From contig CAVXNC010000018.1 in assembly GCA_963762865.1 (NCBI GenBank), positions 1,697-65,696 of the forward strand: 64,000 nt of DNA, given 5' to 3'. This DNA is from an uncultured Actinomycetota bacterium (GTDB lineage Bacteria > Actinomycetota > Actinomycetes > JACCUZ01). This document shows, piece by piece, positions 51,460 through 61,421 of this stretch. The position numbers and the translations under genes were made by a program. A model generated the notes under the pieces. That model saw nothing but the letters and a program-made list of their open reading frames with translations. It ran no database searches and was not told where the DNA came from. Numbering within the stretch: position 1 is the stretch's first letter; each line of letters starts with the position of its first letter.

Positions 51460-52437
51460 TCAGCGACGACGGCGGCGCAGCACCGCGATGATGCCGCCGA
51501 GGATCACGACGATCGCCACCGCTCGCGCGACGAGGTAGGCGGTGCGCCATCCGTCGGAGTCGGCGCCGCCCGGTCGACCCGAGGCGTCCCCCCGCCCGGC
51601 CGAATCCTCTGTGGTGGCCGACCCGGTCTCCGGCGCGGCGTCGGCCGCCCCGGCCGGGATCGCCACGCGGTAGACCGCCGAGTTCCGGCCCTCACTGCCG
51701 ACCAGCAGCGCGTCGTCGCCCTCGTCGGCGACCGACTCCCCCTGCGGCTGCGGTGGCAGCGCGAAGGAGTCGATCTCGTGACCGGGCCGGTCGTAGACAT
51801 GTGCGTCGGTGTAGGTCCGCAGCACGAAGCGACCGTCGGACAAGAAGGCGCCGTCGGTGACGAGTGGCGGCACGTCGGCGATGCGCTCCAGCCGGTTGAC
51901 CCCGTCCTCCTGGGTCACCAGCGTCGACGGTGCCTGGTAGAGGCCGGCGTCCCCGAAGGACTTGGTCGCGATCATCAACCGGCCGGTGTCCGGGTCGACC
52001 AGCAGCGCCTCGGCGTCGTGCGGCCCGTCGGGGTAGGTGAAGCGGAACCACCGTGCCCGGACCGTCCGGTCGGCGAGCCGGCGCGGCTCGGTCACCAGGA
52101 AGGCCGAGACGTCAGGTCGCCGCACGCTGTTGTCGCCGATGTCGCCGAGCCACAGGGTGCGCCGGTCGCTGCCCGGCGCCAGCGCCTCGGGGTCGTACGG
52201 GTTGATCCCGTCCAGCGTGAGCGTCGCGACCGTGTCGCCCCGCCGGTCGACAGCCATGACCTGCGCGACCGTGCCGCCGTCGGGATGCGTCCACACGACG
52301 CCGGGGTGCCGGCCCGAGACCGCCAGACCGCTCGACTCGACGAGGGCGGGGTCGTGCATCCGCAGCACGACGGTCGGACCGGAGGCGGCGAGCGACGTCG
52401 ACAGCAGGATCGCGGCGGCCGAGCTAGCCGCGGTCAT
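51460..52437 (-). CDS. secreted, C-terminally membrane-anchored hypothetical protein (beta-propeller-like)
   Basis: An N-terminal signal-like segment (AAAILLSTSLAASG) is followed by repeated beta-strand motifs (SGLAVS, WLGDIGDN, LLVDPDTGRLMI, GAFLSDGRFVLRTY). A C-terminal TM segment plus RRRRR follows (AVAIVVILGGIIAVLRRRRR). Confidence 0.6.
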   Translation of the reverse strand: MTAASSAAAILLSTSLAASGPTVVLRMHDPALVESSGLAVSGRHPGVVWTHPDGGTVAQVMAVDRRGDTVATLTLDGINPYDPEALAPGSDRRTLWLGDIGDNSVRRPDVSAFLVTEPRRLADRTVRARWFRFTYPDGPHDAEALLVDPDTGRLMIATKSFGDAGLYQAPSTLVTQEDGVNRLERIADVPPLVTDGAFLSDGRFVLRTYTDAHVYDRPGHEIDSFALPPQPQGESVADEGDDALLVGSEGRNSAVYRVAIPAGAADAAPETGSATTEDSAGRGDASGRPGGADSDGWRTAYLVARAVAIVVILGGIIAVLRRRRR

Positions 52438-53599
52438 CGGCGAGCAGGCCCTGGAGGTGCGGGGTCACGTGCCACTGCGCGAGCATCGCGTCGAGCTCGG
52501 CCTGCGCCTGTGCCGCAGCCGCGGCACCGCCCGCACCACCCTCGTTGTCGGACCGGACCGCGCGCAGCAGCGAGTTGCGCGGGGTGTACTCGGCCGACAC
52601 GAACTGCAGCACCTCGGCCCGGTAGCCCGCCGTGCGCAGCAGCGCCGCGCGGAACGCGTCGGTCAGCACGTCGCCCAGCCGCTCTCGCAGGATGCCGTGC
52701 CGGGTCACCATGGCGTACGGCGCCGGCGGCCCGGCCTCGGTCATCTGGCGCTGCAGGTCGTGGTGGCAGCACGGTGACGCGAGCACGACGGGAGCTCCCC
52801 AGCGCACGGCCTGCGCGAGAGCGTCGTCGGTCGCGGTGTCGCAGGCGTGCAGCGCGAGCACGATGTCGACCGGCGGCTCGACCGGTGCGTCGAGGATCGC
52901 GCCCTCCACGAAGCGCGCGTGCTCCGACCAGCCGAGCTCGGCAGCGATCGCCGTGTTGCGCTCGCGCGACTGCGCGCGCAGGTCGACGCCGGTGAGCTCG
53001 ACCTCGCCGCGCTCGGCGAGGAAGCGGTACGCCGCGAAGCTGAGGTAGGCGTTGCCGCAGCCCAGGTCGACGACCCGCAGCGGCCGGTCGACCGGCAGCT
53101 CCACCTCCGCCACTGCTGCATCCAGCGCACGCAGGAAGGCGTCGACCTGCCGGCGCTTGGCGGCACCGGCGCCCAGGACAGAGAAGAGCGGGTCGCCGGG
53201 GTCGATCAGGTGCCGGGCCGCGCGGTCGTGCTCCGTGTGCTGCTCGGCCGCCGAGGCGGCGCGGTGCACCTGCGCGGCGCCCTTCTTGGTCACCCGCAGC
53301 TGCAGGGTCTCGCCCGTGGTCTGCACGTGCCAGTTGCCGAACGGCTCGGCCAGCAGCGCGTCGACCGCTGCACCGGCCTCGGCACCGTACGGATGGTTGG
53401 TGGTGGTCGCCGCGCGCTCGTCGTAGCTCACGACCTGCAGGTGGCGCCCGGTCTTGAGGTCGATCGGGCGCAGCTCGACCCGGCGTGCGGACGGCGTGGC
53501 GGACCGCCGCTTGCCGGCGCCGACGGCGCGGACCAGTGCCTGCTCGTCGAGCAGCAGGGGACGCAACGACGCGAGCGCTCCCTCGAGGTCCTCAGGCAC
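52424..53599 (-). CDS. SAM-dependent methyltransferase
   Basis: Motif I is RVVDLGCGNAYLSF. An acidic loop (LTGVDL) and the post-I/II segment ALHACDTATD follow. There is an N-terminal accessory domain of about 150 aa. Confidence 0.75.
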   Translation of the reverse strand: MPEDLEGALASLRPLLLDEQALVRAVGAGKRRSATPSARRVELRPIDLKTGRHLQVVSYDERAATTTNHPYGAEAGAAVDALLAEPFGNWHVQTTGETLQLRVTKKGAAQVHRAASAAEQHTEHDRAARHLIDPGDPLFSVLGAGAAKRRQVDAFLRALDAAVAEVELPVDRPLRVVDLGCGNAYLSFAAYRFLAERGEVELTGVDLRAQSRERNTAIAAELGWSEHARFVEGAILDAPVEPPVDIVLALHACDTATDDALAQAVRWGAPVVLASPCCHHDLQRQMTEAGPPAPYAMVTRHGILRERLGDVLTDAFRAALLRTAGYRAEVLQFVSAEYTPRNSLLRAVRSDNEGGAGGAAAAAQAQAELDAMLAQWHVTPHLQGLLADDRG

Positions 53600-53603
53600 G
53601 CCG

Positions 53604-54845
53604 TCAGCCTCGCACGGTTGCTGCCCGACCGCCGCGAACGGACCGGGCGTTGCCGGCGAGCAGGAAGATCCCGGCGGTCAGCGCGACCACCACCCACAGG
53701 GCCCGGTCGAGCCCGACGTCGTGGGCGAGCGTGCCGATCAGCGGCGGCCCGACCAGGAATCCGGAGTAGGCGATCGTCGCGACGGTGGCGATGGCCGACG
53801 GACCGCGGCCCGGGGTCTCCCCCGCCGCGCTCATCGCGAGCGGGAAGGCGATCGAGATGCCCAGCCCCCACAGCAGCGCGCCGACGTAGGCGACACCGAG
53901 GACCGGGATGCCGAGCAGCGCCACGACACCCACCGCGGCCACGACGGCGCCGACCCGCAGGCTGCGCACCCGGCCCAGCGACGCGACGACCTGGTTGCCG
54001 GCTACCCGGCCGAGGGTCATCGCGCCGGCGAAGACCGCGAAGCCGAGGGCCGCCAGCGCCTCCGACGCGCCGCGGTCGTCGGTGAGCATCAGGGCCAGCC
54101 AGTCGTTGGCGGCGCCCTCGGCCCAGGCTGCGCAGAACGTCATCACGCCGAGCCCGATCAGCCGGGGGTCGCGGATCAGGGCGCGCTGCTTGGGCACGTG
54201 CCGCTCGGCTGCGCATTCGTCGCCGAGCAGCTCGCCCGTCTCGTCCAGCTCGTCGGCCGCCTGGTCCGGCATCGATCGGGTGGCGAAGACAGCCGCGACG
54301 CCCACGAGCACCGCGAGCGTCGCGAAGTGCACCGCCGGGTCGACCTCGGTCTTCGCAGCGAGGGCACCGATTCCGGCGCCGACCACGGTGCCGATGCTCC
54401 ACGCCGCGTGGAAGCCAGGCATCAGCGTGCGACCGGCACGAACCTCGACCGCATGCGCGGAGACGTTCATCGCGACGTCCCACACACCGACGCCCGCGCC
54501 GACGAAGAGCAGCACGACGGAGAGGGCGACGAGGTTCGGCGCGAGGCCGAGGACCGCGTAGGCCAGCGTGCAGACCACGATGCTCACCGTGGTCACCCGG
54601 CGGGCACCCCAGGTCGACACCATCCGCCCGGACAGCGGCATCGCGATCAGCGAGCCGACCGCGATGAACAGGAGCGCAAAGCCCAGACCCCGCTCGGTCG
54701 CGCCGATGTCGTCCCGAACCGCGGGGATGCGCGAGACCCAGGTGGCGAAGAGCCCGCCGTTGGCCGCGAAGACGAACCGGGTCGCCCACACCGCGCGCCC
54801 GACGTCGAACTCCTCCACCGTGCTCGTCGCTGGTGCCTCCGTCAC
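53604..54845 (-). CDS. MFS transporter
   Basis: 413 aa with 12 predicted helices. It carries the MFS loop motif MPLSGRMVSTWGARR. Confidence 0.8.
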   Translation of the reverse strand: MTEAPATSTVEEFDVGRAVWATRFVFAANGGLFATWVSRIPAVRDDIGATERGLGFALLFIAVGSLIAMPLSGRMVSTWGARRVTTVSIVVCTLAYAVLGLAPNLVALSVVLLFVGAGVGVWDVAMNVSAHAVEVRAGRTLMPGFHAAWSIGTVVGAGIGALAAKTEVDPAVHFATLAVLVGVAAVFATRSMPDQAADELDETGELLGDECAAERHVPKQRALIRDPRLIGLGVMTFCAAWAEGAANDWLALMLTDDRGASEALAALGFAVFAGAMTLGRVAGNQVVASLGRVRSLRVGAVVAAVGVVALLGIPVLGVAYVGALLWGLGISIAFPLAMSAAGETPGRGPSAIATVATIAYSGFLVGPPLIGTLAHDVGLDRALWVVVALTAGIFLLAGNARSVRGGRAATVRG

Positions 54846-54880
54846 CGCCCCAGGCTAGGGGGATGTGGGGCGGCTGAGCC

Positions 54881-54964
54881 TCAGACGAGAGCGCCGAGCA
54901 CGACGACCAGCAGCATCAGGGCGAGCGCCCCGAGCACCACTCGTCGGCGGGTGCGCGGGTCCAC
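54881..54964 (-). CDS. candidate 27-aa single-TM micro-protein
   Basis: My reverse-strand translation is VDPRTRRRVVLGALALMLLVVVLGALV*. It has a basic n-region and one hydrophobic helix. 24 of 27 third codon positions are G/C. It lies between thpR and the MFS gene. The RBS is weak. Confidence 0.3.
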   Translation of the reverse strand: MDPRTRRRVVLGALALMLLVVVLGALV

Positions 54965-54973
54965 GGCCCGACC

Positions 54974-55489
54974 CTATGCGGGGTACGGGAGCGGCCAGGT
55001 CGCGACGTCGTCGTAGGTCGGCGACGGCCCGAGGTGCGAGCTCACGAGGTGGACCGTGCTGGCCGTCCAGATCGGTCCGTCGTACGCCGCCAGCGACTCG
55101 ACCGCCGGGCCGGCGTCGACCCCGCCGCGGAGGCGGGCGACAGTGAGGTGCGGCCGGTAGGGCCGCCGCTCGAAGGTCACCGACCGGGCCAGTGCCTTCA
55201 GCGCCCCGAGGTCGCCGTCGAGGCCGAGCCACAGCGCGCGCCGGGTGAAGGAGCCAGCACCGCGGAAGGCCAGGTCGCACGGGCCGTGACCGCGCAGCCG
55301 ACGGTCGACCATCGCGACCGTCCCCTCGACCTTGTCGTCGGGGATCTCGCCGTAGAAGGCGAGGGTCAGGTGCCACCGCTGCGCCGGCACCCAGCGCAGG
55401 TCAGGGTGCTCGCGACGCACCGGCTCGAGCGCGGTGTCGGCGTGGGCGACCGCATCCGGCGGCGGCCGCAGGGCGACGAAGAGTCTCAC
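54974..55489 (-). CDS. thpR: RNA 2',3'-cyclic phosphodiesterase (2H family, LigT/ThpR)
   Basis: GTG at 55489 overlaps the upstream stop (GTGA). It has two HxT/S motifs, WHLTLAFYG and PHLTVARL. Confidence 0.8.
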   Translation of the reverse strand: MRLFVALRPPPDAVAHADTALEPVRREHPDLRWVPAQRWHLTLAFYGEIPDDKVEGTVAMVDRRLRGHGPCDLAFRGAGSFTRRALWLGLDGDLGALKALARSVTFERRPYRPHLTVARLRGGVDAGPAVESLAAYDGPIWTASTVHLVSSHLGPSPTYDDVATWPLPYPA

Positions 55490-56604
55490 GACCCGAAGCG
55501 CAGCGGGTCGAAGAGGGACAGGTCGAACGGCGTCGCGCCGTCGACCACCAGGTCGGCGAGCACCTCGCCCACGACCGGCGTGAACTTGAAGCCGTGTCCG
55601 GAGAAGCCGCACGCCAGCAGCACCCGGTCGCTCACCGGGTGAGCGCCGATGACGAAGTTCTCGTCGGGCGTCAGCGTGTACCAGCACTCGGCGGCCCGCC
55701 GGTGGTCGTTCCCGAGACGCGGGAAGATGTCGGCCAGCGTCGAGGCGACCTCTGACGTCGTCCATGAGTCGGCCGGCCGGTCCTCGCAGAAGTGCACGGC
55801 GGCCTTCGTCAGCCCCTCGGAGAGAGCCGGCACGCCGTAGAGCGACGTCCCGTCGGAAAGGTCCCAGATCCAGACCGGCAGCCGGTCCGGGGTGAAGTCA
55901 CCGGGGTCCGGCGGTGCGAACCAGTGCTGGACGCGACGCTCGGTGACCAGCGGGAGGCTCAGGTCACCCAGCAGGTCGGGCGTCCAGCGACCCGGCGCGA
56001 GGACGAGGGCGCCGGCCACGACCTCGCCGCGGGTGGTGGTCACCCGGACGCCGTCGCCGTCAGCCGTCCACCCGACGACGGCCTCGTCGTGCCGCAGCTC
56101 CGCGCCGGCCGCGCTCGCGGCCCGCAGCTGCGCGGCCACCGCCGCTTCCGGTCCGACGAGCCCGCCGCGGGGCTCGTAGAGGCCGAGCGTCCCTGCGGGC
56201 GGCCGCAGCGCCGGGAACCGAGCCGACAGGTCGCCGGCGTCGAGCACCTCGTGGGGCAGGTCCCACTCGCGCGCGGTCTCCACGCTGCCCGCCAGGACTC
56301 GGGTCCCGGGCGCACCCAGGAAGAGCGCGCCGGTGGTGCGCAGGACCGGGTCGCCGGAGGGCGTACGCACGTCTGCCCAGAGCTCGTACGTCCGGCGCAG
56401 CAGCGGGACGTAGGACGCACCCTCGAAGTAGACCTGGCGCACGATCCGGGACTCGCCGTGGCTGGCGCCCTCGGCATGGGCACCGGGCCGCGGGTCGAGC
56501 CCGAGGACGCGCTGCCCGCGCCGCGCGAGGTGCGCGGCGGTCGAGGACCCGAAGCCGCCGAGACCGGCGACGACGACGTCGTAGGGCGCGGAGCTGCCGG
56601 CCAC
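55486..56604 (-). CDS. FAD-dependent amine oxidase (monomeric sarcosine / N-methyltryptophan oxidase-like)
   Basis: GTG at 56604 lies 8 nt after the upstream stop. It has YDVVVAGLGGFGSSTA (the ADP-binding fold) and the C-terminal ACGFSGHGFKF motif with the covalent-FAD Cys. Confidence 0.8.
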   Translation of the reverse strand: MAGSSAPYDVVVAGLGGFGSSTAAHLARRGQRVLGLDPRPGAHAEGASHGESRIVRQVYFEGASYVPLLRRTYELWADVRTPSGDPVLRTTGALFLGAPGTRVLAGSVETAREWDLPHEVLDAGDLSARFPALRPPAGTLGLYEPRGGLVGPEAAVAAQLRAASAAGAELRHDEAVVGWTADGDGVRVTTTRGEVVAGALVLAPGRWTPDLLGDLSLPLVTERRVQHWFAPPDPGDFTPDRLPVWIWDLSDGTSLYGVPALSEGLTKAAVHFCEDRPADSWTTSEVASTLADIFPRLGNDHRRAAECWYTLTPDENFVIGAHPVSDRVLLACGFSGHGFKFTPVVGEVLADLVVDGATPFDLSLFDPLRFGS

Positions 56605-56612
56605 GTCGGCGG

Positions 56613-57350
56613 CTACTGCGTCACCACGCGCAGGCGCTCGCGGAAGGCCGCGAGCAGGTCCGCGTCGCCCTCGCGCTGCACCGCCGAGTCCGGCCGACGG
56701 CCCCACAGCCACAGCAGGAGCTCGGAGGGTTCGCCGCTCACGACCGCGTCGGCCGGGCCCGGCTCGCGCGAGAGCTGGGCCGCGTCGGCGGTGAGGGTCT
56801 CCCGCCAGATGTGGTCGCCGGTGCGGATCGCGACCGTGCCGCGGCCGGGAGCCTCCTCGCCGACGTCGTCGTTCTGGTAGCTCAGGAAGAGGTCGAGCAC
56901 CTCGTCGATTCCGTCAGTGGCGAGATCGGCGGGGATCGCCGACATCGCGTCGAAGCCGCTCTCGACGTCGGTGCGGTGGACCGCGGTCTCCTGCGCCATC
57001 CGGCGGATCCAGAAGCCGACGGTCTGGTCCTTGTCGTACCAGGTGTAGGCGGGTGAGTCGGGGCTGCGCGACGTCAGCTCGTCAAGGAGCTCGGCGAGCC
57101 GCTCGCGGAACCACTCGGCCGGTGGCTGGCCCTCCGCCGGCCCGTGGTCCCAGTCCGCACCTTGTTGCGGTCCTCCGGGCAGTCGCATGCACGCGACCTT
57201 GTGCGAGTACACGGAGCCGGTGTGCACGAGCGCTTCCTCGACCGTCCACCCGGGGCAGGCCGGGACGGGGTTCGTAAGGCCGCCGGGGGCGAGCTCGGCC
57301 ATCCGCTCGGCGTCGCGACGGAGGTGTGCGAGGAAGGCTTCCGGTGTCAT
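56613..57350 (-). CDS. mycothiol-dependent maleylpyruvate isomerase-family (DinB/MDMPI_N) protein
   Basis: ATG at 57350. It has CPGWTVEEALVHTGSVY, RRMAQETAVHRTD (metal-binding His residues) and a C-terminal SCP2-like part. Confidence 0.75.
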   Translation of the reverse strand: MTPEAFLAHLRRDAERMAELAPGGLTNPVPACPGWTVEEALVHTGSVYSHKVACMRLPGGPQQGADWDHGPAEGQPPAEWFRERLAELLDELTSRSPDSPAYTWYDKDQTVGFWIRRMAQETAVHRTDVESGFDAMSAIPADLATDGIDEVLDLFLSYQNDDVGEEAPGRGTVAIRTGDHIWRETLTADAAQLSREPGPADAVVSGEPSELLLWLWGRRPDSAVQREGDADLLAAFRERLRVVTQ

Positions 57351-57378
57351 ACGTTGCACCCTGGCACACCCGGCGTGC

Positions 57379-58668
57379 TCACCGGACGGACTCCACCACC
57401 GTCTCCTCGGGCACCGTCTCTTCGGGCATCCGTTGCCGGCCGAGGCCGCGGATCTCGCCGCGCAGCTCGATGCCGCTCCGGCGCGAAAGGACCACGGCGC
57501 AGACGACCGCCGCGGTGGTCGACACGATCCCGCCGGCCAGCAGGCTCCACCGGGCACCGAATGCCTCGGCGAGCGCGCCCACCAGCGGAGCACCGATCGG
57601 TGTCCCGCCCATGAAGACGGCCATGTAGAGCGCCATCACCCGGCCCCGCATCACCGGGTCGACGGCGAGCTGCATCGTGGCGTTGGCCGCGGTGATGAAG
57701 GTCAGCGAGGTCACGCCGACCGGGATGAGGGCGAGGGCGAAGGTGGCGTAGGTCGGCATCAGTCCGGCCATCACCTCGACGACACCGAAGGCGGCCGCGG
57801 CGGCGAGCAGCAGGCGCAGCCGTGGCCGGCCGCGGCTGGCGGCGAGCAGCGCGCCCGTCAGCGAGCCGATGGCCATGATCGACCCGAGCACGCCGAACTC
57901 ACCGGCCCCCTTGCCGAAGACCTCGGTCGCCATCAGCGCCGTGGTGATCTGGAAGTTCATGCCGAAGGTTCCGACGAAGAACACCAGCGCCAGGACCATG
58001 ACCAGGTCGGGCCGCCCTCGGACGTACCGGATGCCCTCCAGCACCTGGCCCGGACCGCGACCGGCGCGGGGCGCCGGGTCGAGCTCGTCGGTGTGCAGCC
58101 GCATCAGCGCGAGGATCACGGCGAGGAACGAGAGGCCGTTGATGATGAACACCGGACCGGTGTCGAAGACCTCGATGAGGAGACCCGCGAGAGCCGGGCC
58201 GATGACGCGGCCGAGGTTGAACGACGCGCTGTTGAGGCCGACGGCGTTGGGCAGGTCGTCGGAGCCGACCATCTCCACGACGAAGGACTGGCGGGCCGGG
58301 TTGTCGACCGCGGTCCCCAGACCGAGCAGGGCCGCGAGGACGAAGACGTGCCAGACCGCGACGACGCCGGTGAGGTCGAGGACGCCGAGCGCGATCGCGG
58401 TCACGCCCATGAACGCCTGGGTGAGGATCAGCAGCTTGCGCTTGGAGTAGCGGTCGGCGAGCATCCCGCCCCACGGGCCGAGGAGCAGCATCGGCAGGAA
58501 CTGCAGCCCGGTGGTGATGCCCAGCGCGACGCCGTCGTTGTCGGCGAGCTGGATGACCAGCCAGTCCTGGGCGATGCGCTGCATCCAGGTGCCGACGTTC
58601 GAGACCACGCCCCCGGCGTAGTAGATGCGGTAGTTGCGATTGCGCAGCGAGTGGAACGTGGGGCTCAC
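57379..58668 (-). CDS. MFS transporter (EntS/MFS_3-like efflux)
   Basis: GTG at 58668 overlaps the MarR stop (GTGA). It begins SPTFHSLRNRNYRIYYAGGVVSNVGTWMQRIAQDWLV and has LGPWGGMLADRYSKRKLL. It has 12 helices. Confidence 0.8.
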   Translation of the reverse strand: MSPTFHSLRNRNYRIYYAGGVVSNVGTWMQRIAQDWLVIQLADNDGVALGITTGLQFLPMLLLGPWGGMLADRYSKRKLLILTQAFMGVTAIALGVLDLTGVVAVWHVFVLAALLGLGTAVDNPARQSFVVEMVGSDDLPNAVGLNSASFNLGRVIGPALAGLLIEVFDTGPVFIINGLSFLAVILALMRLHTDELDPAPRAGRGPGQVLEGIRYVRGRPDLVMVLALVFFVGTFGMNFQITTALMATEVFGKGAGEFGVLGSIMAIGSLTGALLAASRGRPRLRLLLAAAAAFGVVEVMAGLMPTYATFALALIPVGVTSLTFITAANATMQLAVDPVMRGRVMALYMAVFMGGTPIGAPLVGALAEAFGARWSLLAGGIVSTTAAVVCAVVLSRRSGIELRGEIRGLGRQRMPEETVPEETVVESVR

Positions 58669-59096
58669 AGGCGGGTCAGCCGTTCGATCACCGGCGCCGC
58701 GGCGCGCAGGACGTCGCGCTCCTCCTGGGTGAGCTCGGCGAGCTGCCGGGCCAGCCAGGCGTCGCGCCGCCGGCGGTCCTCCTTGAGCAGCGCGTGTGCC
58801 TCGGCCGTCAGGGAGACCAGGTGCTGGCGGCCGTCCGTCTCGTGGGGGGTCCGCAGGATCAGGCCACGCTCCTCGAGGCCGGCGAGGACCCGCGTCATCG
58901 ACGGCGGCTGCACCTTCTCGTGCTCGGCGAGCTCGCGGGGCGTCAGCGGGCCGTGCCGGTCCAGGGTCCCGAGGGCGGCCATCTGGGTGAGGCTCAGGTC
59001 GGTGACCACGCGCTCGGCGCGGAGCCGGCGGCCCAGGCGCATGACGGAGACCCGCAGGGTGCTGGCCAGCTCGGCGGTCTTGGTCATCGTGGGCAC
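58665..59096 (-). CDS. MarR-family transcriptional regulator
   Basis: Its wHTH reads LTQMAALGTLDRHGPLTPRELAEHEKVQPPSMTRVLAGLEERGLILRTPHETDGRQHLV. Confidence 0.85.
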   Translation of the reverse strand: MPTMTKTAELASTLRVSVMRLGRRLRAERVVTDLSLTQMAALGTLDRHGPLTPRELAEHEKVQPPSMTRVLAGLEERGLILRTPHETDGRQHLVSLTAEAHALLKEDRRRRDAWLARQLAELTQEERDVLRAAAPVIERLTRL

Positions 59097-59192
59097 CTGT
59101 CCACCATATCATTAGTTGTGCTAACGAACGACCTGCCAGGGCGGGACGTCCGGTGACGACGAGATGGCTGCTGTCGTGGCAGCCTTCTTCGC

Positions 59193-59771
59193 ATGTGTGA
59201 AGAGCTGGCCAAGCGGTCCGTGCACCAGCAGCTGCAACGGACACGCGAGGCACTGGTCTGGAAGCTCGACGGTCTCTCTGACTACGACATCCGGCGCCCC
59301 CTGACGGCAACCGGGACCAACCTCCTCGGCCTGGTCAAGCACGTGGCGACCTGGGAGGTCAGGTATCTGGGGGATGTCTTCAACCGGCCGTTCCCCGAGC
59401 CCCTCCCCCGATGGCAGGACTCAGACAGCAGCGACCTGTGGGTGACCGACGGCGAGAGCCGCGAGCAGATCCTCGACTTCTACCGGCGTGCCTGGGATCA
59501 CGCAGACACGACGATCCGCACACTGCCCATCGACGCTCCCGGCCACGTGCCGTGGTGGCCGCGGCCTGACGTCAGGTTGTTCAGCATCATGGTCCACGTG
59601 CTCACCGACACCACCAGGCATGCCGGGCACGCCGACATCCTGCGCGAACAGCTCGACGGCCAGACCGGGGTCGTCGCTGGACAGCGAGAACAGATCGACA
59701 CCATTGCCCGCGAGGCTCACCGCGCGAAGATCGAGAAGGCCGCCAGAGCAGCTTCCCCGGCTCGGGGCTGA
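59193..59771 (+). CDS. DinB-family (DUF664, mycothiol-transferase-like) protein
   Basis: It has LLGLVKHVATWEVRYLG and FSIMVHVLTDTTRHAGHADILRE, giving the His triad of a four-helix DinB fold. Confidence 0.75.
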   Translation: MCEELAKRSVHQQLQRTREALVWKLDGLSDYDIRRPLTATGTNLLGLVKHVATWEVRYLGDVFNRPFPEPLPRWQDSDSSDLWVTDGESREQILDFYRRAWDHADTTIRTLPIDAPGHVPWWPRPDVRLFSIMVHVLTDTTRHAGHADILREQLDGQTGVVAGQREQIDTIAREAHRAKIEKAARAASPARG

Positions 59772-59867
59772 CGTCGGCCCCTCGTCGTCCTCGGTCGGAG
59801 AAACCTGACCGTTGTGTCGGGGGGCTGACTGACGGCATCCCGGCGGCCACGCACCCTGGTGTGGACA

Positions 59868-59908
59868 CCCGGGCCGGCCCGACCCCCCGAGCGGGCCGGC
59901 CCGGGTTT
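59868..59908. terminator. 14-bp GC stem-loop plus TTT between converging genes
   Basis: CCCGGGCCGGCCCG-accccccgag-CGGGCCGGCCCGGG-TTT. It lies between the stops at 59771 (+) and 59945 (-). Confidence 0.5.
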
Positions 59909-59944
59909 CCACAAGCCGAGCCTCCTCCCGAGCCCGCCGGCCCC

Positions 59945-61279
59945 TCAGCGCCCGAGCAGCGCCTCGTCGAAGAACCCGACGACTCTGTGCTCGTAGGCGC
60001 GCGGCTGCGCCTCGATCCCCTTGATGTGCGGCGCGTCCGGGATCGCGAACAGCGACGAGCTCGGCCCTGCCATGCGGTGGTACACCGGTGTCAGCACCTC
60101 GGTCTTGTTGCCACCGTCCGGTGCCCAGATGAACAGCAGCGGACGCGGCGCGATCTGCGGGACCAGCTCGGTGAGCGGCGCGGGCGGCGCCGTGTCCGAG
60201 AAGACGGACACCGCCCCGAACAAGGCCAGCCAGCCCGGGCTCGAGGGCCAGAACTCCCGCCCGCCGGCCGCCAGCCGCACCTCTGAGAGCTGGCGCGCGC
60301 CGGCTCCGTCGGACACCACCGCTGCCAGGTCGGGATCCTTCGCGGCGGCCTCGAGCATGAGCTCGCCACCCACCGAGAGGCCGATGCCGCCGATGCGTCG
60401 CGGGTCGACCTCGGGCCGACGCTTCAGCCAGTCGACCGCGGCGATGATGTCCTTGTCGCCGCCCCAGCCGAGCAGGTTCCCGTTCCCTTCGCTGCGACCC
60501 TCGCCGCGTCGGTCGAACAGCAGGACGCCGTAGCCGTGCCGGGCCAGCATCCGGGCATGGGCCTGGGTGCCGAGGCGCCCCGGGAAGTCGACGACAGCGG
60601 CGCCGTTGCGCGACGGGATGTACCACCCGTGCAGGCGCAGTCCGTCAGACGTGGTGAAGCTGACGTCCTCGTGCGCGACGCCGAGTGCGTCCGCGGGCAC
60701 CTCGGCGCGCTGGATGTGCGTGACGGCGTAGGCGTACAGCACGGGCTGCGCGACGGTGACCGCCGCCACGACGCCGGCAGCGCCGAGCAGGGTTCGACGC
60801 AGGACTCGCCGGCGCAGGCTCCGGTCCCGCCGCCGCGAGCGCCAGAGCGTCGCCGCACCGACTCCCACCAGCAGGAGGCCCGCGGGGATGGCCAGCAGAC
60901 CGGTGAAGTCGTCGCCGGTCGGGCCGATCGCCACGGAGTAGTAGCCGGCCTCGATAGCCCCGATGACGGCACCGAAGACGCCAGCAGTCAGCGCGATCAG
61001 GCCGCGCCAGCCGGCCCGCGCGCGGCCGTGGCACCATGCCGCCGCTGCCAGCAGGGCGATCGGCACCAGCCCACCGGCCAGGTGGTCGGTCGCGCTCGTG
61101 CCCGCCGGGGGCTGCAGGAAGCGGTCGTCCGCGACGTGCAGCGCGACGACCGCCGTGCCCAGCAGGACGAGCGCGCGTTCGTCGAGCCGTCGCCACGTAC
61201 GCCGTGCTGCGTCAGCAGCCGGCGCTGGTGGCGCGGCAAGGGCCTGATGGGTGCCGGAAGCGCTGGTCGAGGTCGTCAT
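59945..61279 (-). CDS. membrane-anchored alpha/beta hydrolase
   Basis: The N-terminal ~190 aa hold about four TM helices. A hydrolase domain follows with HGWYIP, LFDRRGEGRSEG, the nucleophile elbow GIGLSVGGE, and a late His (PDAPHIKG). Confidence 0.75.
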   Translation of the reverse strand: MTTSTSASGTHQALAAPPAPAADAARRTWRRLDERALVLLGTAVVALHVADDRFLQPPAGTSATDHLAGGLVPIALLAAAAWCHGRARAGWRGLIALTAGVFGAVIGAIEAGYYSVAIGPTGDDFTGLLAIPAGLLLVGVGAATLWRSRRRDRSLRRRVLRRTLLGAAGVVAAVTVAQPVLYAYAVTHIQRAEVPADALGVAHEDVSFTTSDGLRLHGWYIPSRNGAAVVDFPGRLGTQAHARMLARHGYGVLLFDRRGEGRSEGNGNLLGWGGDKDIIAAVDWLKRRPEVDPRRIGGIGLSVGGELMLEAAAKDPDLAAVVSDGAGARQLSEVRLAAGGREFWPSSPGWLALFGAVSVFSDTAPPAPLTELVPQIAPRPLLFIWAPDGGNKTEVLTPVYHRMAGPSSSLFAIPDAPHIKGIEAQPRAYEHRVVGFFDEALLGR

Positions 61280-61421
61280 GCTTCGACGCTAGGAATCGGC
61301 GGGAGCGAGGGTCAGGTGGCTGCCCGCACCCGGAGAGCGGCCACCCGCCGGCTCGGTGGCGGCTGCCCCCGCGTCGTGCAGTTCCCGCGACGGCCGACCG
61401 AACCGCTCCTAGGCTGTCGCC

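Noticed and set aside
59097-59192. TTAG-N5-CTAA near 59112 as a MarR operator
   Set aside because: It has only 4-bp arms, which is not distinguishable from chance. I report no feature.
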